Of a stretch of 64,000 nt of DNA, positions 51,163 to 60,562 are shown one piece after another. How positions within the stretch are numbered: position 1 is the first letter of the stretch; each line of letters begins with the position of its first letter. The notes below the pieces were generated by a model. It was given only the letters and a program-made list of their open reading frames with translations. It did no database searches and was not told the origin of the DNA. The stretch spans positions 608,001 through 672,000 of the forward strand of contig CAVZJV010000014.1 in assembly GCA_963775685.1 (NCBI GenBank), in the 5' to 3' direction. The stretch is from Candidatus Bathyarchaeota archaeon (GTDB lineage: Archaea; Thermoproteota; Bathyarchaeia; Bathyarchaeales; Bathycorpusculaceae). The translations under genes were made by a program, and so were the position numbers.

Positions 51163-53655
51163 ATGTTGAATCTAAAAAATAAAACTTTGACAATTTCAAT
51201 TGCTTTGCTTTTAGCATTTTCGATGATCGCTTTGCCTATCGCAGCTAACGTACCTACACATCACAAGTCAACCCACGCATATGTAAGCGCTACCCCCAAT
51301 CCAATCGGTGTCGGACAAGAAACCCTCATACACTTAGGCATCACCGACGAATTACAAGATGTTACATACGGCTGGGAAGGATTAACCGTAACAGTTACCC
51401 GACCAGACAATACAACAACAACCCTTGGTCCTTTCAGAACCGACGCTACGGGCGGAACAGGCACAATTTTCGTACCAGACCAAGTAGGCACGTACATCCT
51501 ACAGGTAAACTTCCCACCACAATGGTTCAACTGGACTACCAACGGCGGAGCCGACATCTGGTATGAAGCAAGCACAAGCGAAAAACTTGCATTAGTTGTT
51601 GACCTAACACCTGACAAATTCTACCCCGGACAACCATTACCAACAGAATATTGGACTCGACCAATCGACGATCAACTTAGGGACTGGTATCAAGTCGCTC
51701 GTGCCTGGCTAGGCTTCTTCAGCTGGCCGCACTTGGAGAGTTCGTTGAGAACAATGATACGCACTGAAACATCACACATTCTATGGGCAAAACCACAAAC
51801 AGTTGGCGGTTTAGTTGGGGACCCATACGGCACAGAAGGCTTCGAGAACGGAGACGCATATGAAGGTCTATGGGGCTACGGCTCACCAGTAATAATCGAC
51901 GGAATAATCTACTACAACAACGACAAAGACGGAGGGATTCTGGAATCGAGCACACCGTCTCAGCGATTGACCTACGCACAGGCGCAGAAATCTGGAACAG
52001 AGCACTTATCGGACCAGACAACATATCCCGATCACTTACATTCGGACAAATCTTATCCTTCAACTCATACAACTACCAAGGCGCATTCTCGTATCTCTGG
52101 GCAACAAGCGACAGCACATGGAATGCATTTGACCCCTTCTCAGGACGATTTGAATATGGCATGACTAACGTACCATCAGGCACACAAATACGCGGACCAA
52201 ACGGAGAAATACTCATCTACACAGTAGATACCACACACAACTGGATGACTCTTTGGAACTCAACCAAAGTCGTCAGCGATTCTGGCAGCTTCTTGCGCAA
52301 CGGCATGGCTTCAACCTACAAAGTAGCTTGGTCTGCTGACCGCAACGGAGGATACATGTGGAACGTAACTATACCCAATGACTTGCCCGGCGGAGCAAAC
52401 GTAGCATACTTAGACGACATAGTTGTAGGCTCAGAATTGCAATCCAGAACAGCGACAGCCAACATCTTAGGTCTCACAGGCAGCCCAATGATTCTGGGCA
52501 CTCAACGTTAAAACTGGTCAAGAAGGGCAACTACTCTACCAGAAATCATGGCAACCACCAACAGACAACCTCTCTATAACATTCGAGAAATCAAGTCTGG
52601 TCGACAACGTATTCACCATCTATAGCAAAGAACTACGCTCACACATTGCCTTTAACATGCACACAGGCGAACAAATGTGGGGGCCAACCACGCCAGATAC
52701 TATCTACAGACCTTTGGTCTTCAGAGCAACTTTGCATATGGTAAACTCTACGTAACAGGGTACGGCGGAATCGTTTACTGCTACGACGCAAAATCAGGCA
52801 ACCTTGTATGGAACTATACAGTCGTCGAACCATTTGGCGGCTCAGAAGTTCATGGAGCAACAATTGGCCAACATCAATACAGTTCATAGCAGACGGCAAA
52901 ATCTACTAGCAAACTCAGAGCACTCAGCCAACCAACCATTGCCAAGAGGCGGACCATTTTTAGCGCTCGATGCAGAAAACGGCAGTGTTGTCTTAGAATC
53001 GACGGCGCATTCCGTCAACCACGTTGGGCTGGGCAAGCCGGCATGGCAGATGGCATAATTGCTCTATTCAACACCTACGACAGCAAATCTACGGAGTCGG
53101 TAAGAGTCCAAGCCAAACAACTGTGACTGCATCACCGAAAATTTCAGAGTTCGGAAACAGCGTCTTAATTGAGGGTACAGTTCCCGAACTTCAGCAGGCA
53201 CACAGGATTCTCGTGTAACAGCACGTTTCCCCAACGGTGTAGCAGCAGTATCCGACGACAGCATGAATGACTGGATGCTATATGTCTATATGCAATTTGC
53301 ACGTCCAACAAACACAACTCGTTCCAGTAGAACTTAGCGTTATCGACACAAACGGCAACGAGCGAACAATCGGCACAACAACAAGCGACTCCAGTGGAAC
53401 ATTCAGTTATCAATGGACTCCTGACATCACAGGCAAATATACCGTTACAGCTACTTTCGCAGGCACCAACAGCTACTGGCCATCATATTCAGAAACCACC
53501 TTCGCAGTTGACCCCGCAACGTCAACACCAATCCCACTGAACCAGTTGTACAATCAGCTGATCAATACTTTATTCCTGCAGTCGCAGGCATAATCGTTGC
53601 AATCGCAATAGTTGGGGCTTTAATCGTACTCTTGATGCTTAGAAAGCGAGCATAA
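51163..53655 (+). pseudogene. PQQ-like beta-propeller surface protein P5, multiply frameshifted
   Basis: Fragments with PNPIGVGQ, PTEYWTRP, HILWAKP, WTPDITG; ends RKRA-stop at 53655. Confidence 0.85.
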
Positions 53656-53717
53656 AAAGAATATGCAACCAAAAAACAACCCATCCTTTTTTAGTCAAAA
53701 AGCAATGAAAGAAAACT

Positions 53718-53813
53718 GGGCTGAGAAGGCTCTGATCAAACTAACAGTGGCCTACTCACTGTAAACGCATTTGCATTTGCGTTTCTCTCCTTGCCCCAGA
53801 GCCTCAGCAAACC
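53718..53813 (+). repeat. Structured repeat element, copy F (downstream of P5; cleanest copy)
   Basis: GGGCTGAGAAGGCTCTG..ACAGTG-GCCTACT-CACTGT-AAACGCA-TTTGCATT-TGCGTTT..CAGAGCCTCAGCAAACC. Confidence 0.88.
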
Positions 53814-53899
53814 AGTTTTCTATTCATTATTGGCACCTTGAATATTGAGTATAAATCCTAATAAATCTCGAGCTACAGAAAGTTATTCAGGAAGTTGTT

Positions 53900-54808
53900 T
53901 TGCCTGATTTTCTTGTTGGCACGGGCGGTTGGGCTTACTTCAAAGTTCCAAACAAGCCATTTCTAAAAGCATACAGCGAACTATTCAATTTTGTAGAAGT
54001 CAACTACACTTTCTACGAGTACCCAAATGCTCATTTGGTTGAGAGATGGCGAAAAACAGTGCCTGAAAGCTTCACTTTTTCAGTTCGGTGCCACCAAGAC
54101 TTAACTCACAACAATGGGTTTTGTGCCGACGAGTCAGGCTTACGAAATATTTTATCAAATGCGAAGCTACTGTGACATCCTATGCGCGCCATATTTGGTT
54201 TTGGAAACACCCGCAAAATACGTGATAGACCAAGAGAACGCAAAGGATGCACGGGATTTTTTTCTTCCTTGAATTTTAATGGGCTAAGGCTTGTATGGGA
54301 ATACCGGGCACCTATTACTCAAAAAATCATGGACCTCATGGAGGACTTTGGCATAATTCAATGCGTTGACCTGTCGAGGCAATACCCAAGTTATGATCCA
54401 GATGTTGCGTATTCAAGGTTGTTTGGGAAGGGCAACAACATTTACCAGTTTACCGACGATGAATTGGCGGAAATTGACCAAAAAGCCCAAGAAACCAATT
54501 CTAAAACAGTAATATTGTCTTATCGCGCAAGGATGAATACTGACGCTGCTCGTTTTCTGCACTACAAGGGTACTGGCAAGTTTCTTCCAGTCACGGCTTA
54601 CACCGGTGTTGATTCTGCAAGAGCAGTCCTATCAGAAGACGCCACTTTTCCATCTACAAAAGCTGAGTTGAAAGCGGAACAGGACTGGAAAGTCATCGAC
54701 ATAACCCCGGAGAAAAGAGCGCATCTTGCTGAGGTTCTTGAAAAAATACCTGACAAAAAATATTCAAACCTAGAAGATGTCATAACAGAGTTGAGGGCGG
54801 TCTTTTGA
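53900..54808 (+). pseudogene. DUF72-family protein with a C-terminal DUF2795-like extension, frameshifted
   Basis: VGTGGW, FVEVNYTFY, FTFSVRCHQDLTH, YSRLFG; C-terminal FPSTKAEL...KYSNLEDV. Confidence 0.75.
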
Positions 54809-55627
54809 CTGAAGAGAACATCTTTCTTGGTACCTGGGGGTGGAGCTACAAGGAATGGGAGGCAACTTCTACCAAAAGAAAAATATTGAAAGCAAGCTTC
54901 GAGCTTACTCTAGGGTTTTCAAGACCGCTGAAATAGATTCAACCTTCTATCGCAACCCATCCAAGGGAACGGTCATGGGTTGGCTGAAGTATTCTCCGAG
55001 CGACTTTATTTTTTCTGCTAAACTGCCAAAAACCATAACTCATGACAAAGTGCTTGGGTTGAAAAAAGATGTTAAAGCTGATTTAGAAGTATTTTTGGAT
55101 TTGATGCGTCCCCTGCAGCTTGGAGGAAAACTCGCTTGTTTGCTTATTCAGCTGCCTCCAAAATACTCATACAACCCAAAGAACCTTGAAGCGTTCTTCC
55201 AAATACTCGACCCAACATTTAGGTATGCCGTAGAGTTCCGAAACATGACATGGCTACTCCCAGCAACTGAAACCTTCGCACTCCTGAAGCAGTACGGAGT
55301 TGCTTACACGATTGTGGATGAGCCGCTTCTGCCTCCGGAAATGCATCTGACGGCTGATTTTGCATATTTCAGATGGCATGGCAAAGGAAAAGACATCTGG
55401 TTTGATTACCGATACAGCGAAAGGAGCAGCCCTGGGTTCCAAAGGTCCAGGAAACAGCCAAAAACGTCAAAAAAGTCTATGGATACTTCAACAACCACTA
55501 TCAGGGTTACGCTCCAGAGAATTGCCTATGCTTACTTGAAAAGCTTGGACTGTTATCTGATACTCAAAAAAAGGTTAAAGAAAAGTCAAAGATTAAGCAG
55601 TCGCAACTGGGTGCCTACTTTGGTTAA
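54805..55627 (+). pseudogene. Second DUF72-family protein, frameshifted
   Basis: LGTWGWSYKEW, AEIDSTFY, AKLPKTITH, QLPP, AVEFR, YFRWHG, YFNNH. Confidence 0.8.
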
Positions 55628-55759
55628 GACTTAACTGCACAGCTTAATCAAAACCAACTGCGTAAGTGAAAACACTTTAACCCAACTCTCCAGTATACTT
55701 GCAAGCAGTTTCAACGTCACAGTTTTTAAAGTCACTCAGCAAATAATTGTTCGAGCTCT

Positions 55760-55930
55760 ATGGTAGATTTGTCTAGGCCTTGCGATGCTTGCGGGAAAAT
55801 GGTTGGCGGCGGAGTCTATTCATGCCCTAAATGCCAGATTTACTTCTGCTTCTACTGCGCATGCCAACTTCCAAACACTAACAATACAATAAAGAAAGAA
55901 TGCCCAATGTGCGGTGGAAAATTCGAGTAG
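55760..55930 (+). CDS. 56-aa Cys-rich zinc-finger protein (four CxxC)
   Basis: MVDLSRPCDACGKMVGGGVYSCPKCQIYFCFYCACQ...ECPMCGGKFE. Confidence 0.7.
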   Translation: MVDLSRPCDACGKMVGGGVYSCPKCQIYFCFYCACQLPNTNNTIKKECPMCGGKFE

Positions 55931-56041
55931 TGGATATACCTTCATAGCCAAACTGAATATTTACTAAAAATTGCCCGTCTACATCCTAATTAGCAACCCT
56001 CAGATCATACGAGGAAACATGGAAAACTGGAAAATAACTCG

Positions 56042-56129
56042 TTATGGACATGCAAGCAAAGGAAAAGGGAATACAAGAATAAACTCTGAAATAAAAAACA
56101 GTCTTAGCAGAAACCGCATAACCGTTTCC
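56042..56129 (-). repeat. Dispersed ~85-bp repeat, copy 1, encoding a 25-aa hydrophobic peptide
   Basis: ORF 56119-56042 MRFLLRLFFISEFILVFPFPLLACP; DNA similar to 57918-58001 and 58533-58622. Confidence 0.65.
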
Positions 56130-56248
56130 TTACAATTTGTTAAGCCTTGGATCAAAATTTAGTCTCCCACACACCATTTCAACGTCAGCTATCATCTTTA
56201 GAACAAAGGGATGCAAACGGAACGTGCTTTGTTTGACGAGAATACATG

Positions 56249-56332
56249 TGAATGTTGTTTCATCCTGTAACAACTTAATGTTATAAACTGAATGTTGTTT
56301 CATCCTGTAACAACTTAATGTTATAAACTGAA
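56249..56332. repeat. Perfect 40-bp tandem duplication
   Basis: TGAATGTTGTTTCATCCTGTAACAACTTAATGTTATAAAC x2, then TGAA. Confidence 0.95.
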
Positions 56333-56361
56333 ACGCTCAAATGATAAATAAGGTAAAATAA

Positions 56362-56602
56362 ATGGAACAAGCCCAAGCATACAAATTGGATTTGACTAAA
56401 ATAGAAGGAAACGGAGACTTCTCATGTCCAAGATGCAGAAGTACCATTTCACCGGATGAGACTACAGAAAAGACCTACTGCATTATAGAACCAAAAGTCA
56501 ATAAAAATGGGCTTGGAAGAACTGGTGATTAGCTGCAACATATGTAAAAGTCATATTCACTTGACTGGATTTTCTCTCTTGGATGAATTGTCTATTAAGT
56601 AA
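56362..56602 (+). pseudogene. Small zinc-ribbon protein, one frameshift
   Basis: MEQAQAYKLDLTKIEGNGDFSCPRC...NGL / EELVISCNICKSHIHLTGF. Confidence 0.65.
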
Positions 56603-56876
56603 AGTAACTCTCGAAAAACACTGATTTGCTTTTTGATTTTGTTCCAACCTTCCTAAGCAAATTTTAAGCCATTATAACTATTCTTACGGAACAAACCAAC
56701 CTTACTACAACAGCAACCCAGCACGGCCCTCAAGCACCAACTCCATCAGCAATGAAAGCGAGAATGACCTAACTCGGTCCCCTAAGGTGAATATTAGGTA
56801 GTTGACGAATCAAACTTTTGGTTATCTTTCTACACATGAAGACTGCAGCCTAAAAGAAGGGGGTTTTGCAGAAAAG

Positions 56877-57281
56877 TCAAAGCGGCAATTTTTTCTTGGT
56901 CACTCTGGATGCACGGTAAAGTTCAAGTATTTCCCATGTTGCATTGGAAACTTTCAAGTTTGAGCCATTGAAGTAGTCTATGTATTTGATTTCGCTACTT
57001 GGCTTAGCAACTCCGGAGGTTTCTATTAAGAAAACTTCATGGTTGTCGGTTAATGATTCATATTCAAAAAGAAACCTACAAACAACTGTTTCAAGAATAG
57101 TTTCTTCTTTAAGTTCTCTAATTGCTGCGTCTTTACGACTTTCACCTTTTTCTGCTCCGCCTCCAGGCAAATAAAAAGTACGATTATCATGGCTAACAAC
57201 AAGTATCCCCCTTAAAGCATCAACAATCGCGGTTCCTCGTCTCCTTTTAGAAGCCAGCATATTGCATACTTGGCACACCAA
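56877..57281 (-). CDS. NUDIX hydrolase; an upstream Cys/His zinc-finger segment is cut off by an in-frame TAG at 57285-57287
   Basis: Nudix box LPGGGAEKGESRKDAAIRELKEET. Confidence 0.85.
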   Translation of the reverse strand: MVCQVCNMLASKRRRGTAIVDALRGILVVSHDNRTFYLPGGGAEKGESRKDAAIRELKEETILETVVCRFLFEYESLTDNHEVFLIETSGVAKPSSEIKYIDYFNGSNLKVSNATWEILELYRASRVTKKKLPL

Positions 57282-57712
57282 TTTCTAATAAGCAATACGC
57301 TCTACAAAATCTTGGATTTCTGCTCTATGCGTAGAGCAAACTACGCGTCCACATATGCAGACTTTAGGAGCAACCTTGATTTTTGAATATTTTCTTGTTT
57401 AAATTATTTGGGAAACTAAGATCAGGCTGAGGGTTAACCATTTTTTTAGAAAGTAAATAATGAATAATGAATGCAATATACAATAAATAGTAAATATTTT
57501 ATCAGGATAAATGACATATGCAAAATTACAAATAATTAGACAAACAATACATACATAATTTCTCTCTTTCACATTTTTCCTTTCTTTTCTCTTTTTTTTA
57601 GTAAAGTTTCATTTTTACGCTCCAAAAATAGTTCTTAGGGATTGAATCCTGCCTAAGTAGGAACCGAATAACCGTCTCGATGCAGTAAACGCGCCTATAA
57701 TCATGTATTATT

Positions 57713-57847
57713 TCAGCTTGTTAGTGCCGTTACAATTTCGCCTTCTACTTCATTTCTTAGATAAAGAAAACCAAAACCGAAAATGAAAACCATACTCAAC
57801 GTAAACAAAAAACCGCAAACTATAATGTAGATAATCAGCCACGGCAT
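57713..57847 (-). CDS. 44-aa single-TM peptide
   Basis: MPWLIIYIIVCGFLFTLSMVFIFGFGFLYLRNEVEGEIVTALTS after GAGGG. Confidence 0.45.
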   Translation of the reverse strand: MPWLIIYIIVCGFLFTLSMVFIFGFGFLYLRNEVEGEIVTALTS

Positions 57848-57917
57848 TTTTTTCCCTCAGTTAGCGTTAGCTTATTAGCTGTCTATGTTTAAAGCGTTTT
57901 CTAATGAAAAGGTCTGG

Positions 57918-58001
57918 TCATGCAAGCAAAGAAAAAGGCAATACAAGAATAAACAATGAAATAAAAAATAGCCTCAGTCGGAAACGAATAACTGTTTCCA
58001 A
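57918..58001 (-). repeat. Dispersed repeat, copy 2, encoding a 27-aa hydrophobic peptide
   Basis: TTG start; METVIRFRLRLFFISLFILVLPFSLLA. Confidence 0.65.
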
Positions 58002-58140
58002 TCAATATACAGTGAGTAAATAGAATAATTTTAGAGATTCTTGTATAAAATTTAAACCTCAAAAACTAAAACAACTTACGCTTTTATGTTAAATATTTGC
58101 TGAAAAATGGGGATGGTTGGCTGAAACTAATATTGTGTGC

Positions 58141-58452
58141 TTTAGGTTTTGTCGTTTTCGCCGACTATTTCAGCCATTTTCTTAATTCCGTTTTCGGCGT
58201 TTGCTCCCGTCCGAAAGCAAGTACATTGGCTTTTCGTTTCTTAGCAAATCAATGCAGTTTTAGAAATCATCCAAGTGATTGTGTATATTCTTATTTTGCG
58301 TGCCAGCCTGCGTCTGTGGGTAGAGTAGCCCCATTTGCATGAAAAATTAGTTGACCTATGTATTTTCCTGCGCTTTTCAGCCAAATTCTATGTGGAAACT
58401 TATTTGAAGAATACATTACTTCATACTCTTCGATTTTTATAGATTGTACCCA
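58141..58452 (-). pseudogene. Degraded ~100-aa hypothetical protein gene
   Basis: IEEYEVMYSSNKFPHRIWLKSAGKYIGQLIF...IDLLRNEKPMYLL...VGEND, with stops and frameshifts. Confidence 0.5.
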
Positions 58453-58532
58453 AACAAATCGCCACTATATTTTATATGCAGATAGAACTTAAATTCCTTA
58501 CGAGGTGGCTTGAAGGATTAGAGAATAACACG

Positions 58533-58622
58533 TTAAAGGAATGAAATTAGAGAACAAAGAAACACAAGAATAAACAATGTAATACGAAGCAGCCTTAGCC
58601 GAAAACGGATAGCCGCCTTCAT
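58533..58622 (-). repeat. Dispersed repeat, copy 3, encoding a 29-aa hydrophobic peptide
   Basis: MKAAIRFRLRLLRITLFILVFLCSLISFL. Confidence 0.6.
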
Positions 58623-58735
58623 ACGTGATATTCAAGCTATGCATTAAAATTTAATCTTTTTCCCCCTCTTGATTCTCACTAACTACTACTGCCCGTTTCT
58701 CTCATCTAACTACTCTCTACTTCTCTCTCTCTCCT

Positions 58736-59136
58736 TTAGCACACACAAGACAAACAAACAGACAAAGACAAACACGTCACAAAGAGTAGATCCGCAAAGT
58801 CTAAGCCAAGCTTAGCTTTTGTGAGGATTCTTTGTGTTTTCTTCCCCTTAGCCATAAATTCTATTTTACCACAATTAGGACATACATGCAGTAAGAGAGG
58901 AAGGATTATTTCTCCACTAACATCATACATGGAAGCTATACTAAGGATTTTTTCAATCCCTGAGAACCAACCATTCTGATTTTTACTTCATTACAGCTCA
59001 TTTCTGAACCACAAAGAGGGCATTTCAAAATTTCTATAATTTCTACCGCTTCAGCTTCGAGATTTTTGCTAAAACAGTAAGGACATACTTTTGCATTATC
59101 CGCTAAAATTTCCTCTCCACAGTTCAGACATTTCAT
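58736..59136 (-). pseudogene. Zinc-ribbon protein split into two ORFs
   Basis: CLNCG...CPYC...CPLCG / CPNCGKIEF. Confidence 0.55.
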
Positions 59137-59664
59137 AACAAATCAATTTATGTTCATATGTACTGTTTTGGTTTTAACCTTTTTGTTGTAAGCACGTACA
59201 CTATGTTATACATATTCTTGGTAGCAATTCTTTCTTTCCATTTCTAATATATTTCGCAAATAATAGAGTTTCACTAATCAATGTATCAATAATTTGTCTT
59301 TTTTTTAACCTTGATTCTTTCAAAACACTTAAATCCACAAAATTTCAGATACCGAACAGGTATCGTTTGGAGGTTTGATAGTCTCTGTCGCTTACAATAG
59401 ATACTATTTCCGTTAAGAAGTATATTCGTGCAGGACAGAACGTTTATGAAAAGTTTATAGTAGAAAAAGAAGCGAAGAAAGGAAGGTGGAAGGTTGCAGA
59501 GTAAATTCCAGATCTACAAAATGAAATCCTAATAAATTTGAAAATATAGAAATGTAACAAGGCAAAATGTTTGCCTATTTTCTCGTTGGGAAAGCGGTTG
59601 GGATTCCTTCAAAGCGCCAAACTAGATGATCTTCAAAAATAGAAACTAAAAAAGGTTGTACTTT

Positions 59665-59733
59665 TTACCATTCTTCTTCTTCCCATTCCTCGTCTTCAGT
59701 TTCTTCCCATTCCTCTTCCTCTATGAATATCAC
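59665..59733 (-). CDS. 22-aa Glu/Trp-rich acidic micro-peptide
   Basis: GAGGTGA RBS 8 nt before GTG; MIFIEEEEWEETEDEEWEEEEW. Confidence 0.5.
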   Translation of the reverse strand: MIFIEEEEWEETEDEEWEEEEW

Positions 59734-59948
59734 GTTCTTATTCACCTCACAACAAGCTGCAAAAGCTACCTGCCCCTTCAAAGCCTTAAGCATTTACATA
59801 CGTCAATTGACGTTAAAAATCGACAGGGAAACACCACTAATCATGCCTCAGGCAATTAATTTTCTATTCAAACTTATTTAAGAGAAACTTTTCCTTTGTT
59901 ATGTGATTTTCAATTGCCATTCTACCAACGCTAAGATATTTACCATTC

Positions 59949-60177
59949 ATTGACTATCAATATTCAAACGAGGAAATAGATGCGTGGGTGCCAAAAGGTC
60001 AGGAAACAAGCAAATCGGTAAAGAAGATTTATGGATTCTTCAACAACCTCTACCACGGTTATGTTCCTGAGAACAGTTTGTACTTGCTTGAAATACTCGG
60101 GTTGCTATCTGACTCTCAAAAGAAAGCTAAAAGAGAAGTCAAAGGTTAAGCAAGCTCAATTAGGGTTGTTTTTTTAG
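59949..60177 (+). pseudogene. Orphan 3' fragment of a DUF72 gene (diverged copy of 55400-55627)
   Basis: DYQYSNEEIDAWVPK.QETSKSVKKIYGFFNN..HGY.PEN.L.LLE.LGLLSDSQKK. Confidence 0.75.
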
Positions 60178-60195
60178 AACTCTTAACTGGTTACT

Positions 60196-60435
60196 TCAAA
60201 CGTGAATAAATTCAATCTCTTCTGTGTTTGCTATTTGAAATTGCGGGTTTTCTTTATTGAGTTTCTTGAAAAAGGATAATCTGTTTTCAAAGGCAGGTAC
60301 TAATTCATCTAACAAAATTGCTTGCATTTCAGGTGAGAGATCGGTTATTTCCTCTATGAACGTTTCCACGAACTCGTTTTTCAATTTTTTTCTTCGTTGG
60401 GTTGTATTATTCATGATTCTGCCCAGCTTTATCAT
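60196..60435 (-). CDS. Small hypothetical protein
   Basis: ~70-79 aa; LSPEMQAILLDELVPAFENRL. Confidence 0.55.
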   Translation of the reverse strand: MIKLGRIMNNTTQRRKKLKNEFVETFIEEITDLSPEMQAILLDELVPAFENRLSFFKKLNKENPQFQIANTEEIEFIHV

Positions 60436-60562
60436 GTTTCCCAGAGGCTTTAAGTTGTTTATGAATTTGAAATCAAGTGCGTTGTGATGGTTATTGATTT
60501 CTTAACTTTAAAGAGGTGGATATTCTCTATGCGTGGTATCTGTTGCCTAAGAACTACTCCTT

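Noticed and set aside
53718-53813. Structured element as a hammerhead ribozyme or H/ACA guide RNA
   Set aside because: CTGAGAA and CAAAC do not match the required CUGANGA and GAAA cores. There is no K-turn, and pocket-to-ACA spacing does not fit H/ACA RNAs.
56249-56332. CRISPR array
   Set aside because: The two units are directly adjacent with no spacer, and no cas genes are in the window.
57285-57287. In-frame TAG in the zinc-finger/NUDIX gene as pyrrolysine readthrough
   Set aside because: No pyl genes or other supporting signal in the window, and the region is error-prone and decaying.
58690-58790. CT- and ACAA-rich short repeats
   Set aside because: Low-complexity tract with no regular unit or structure.
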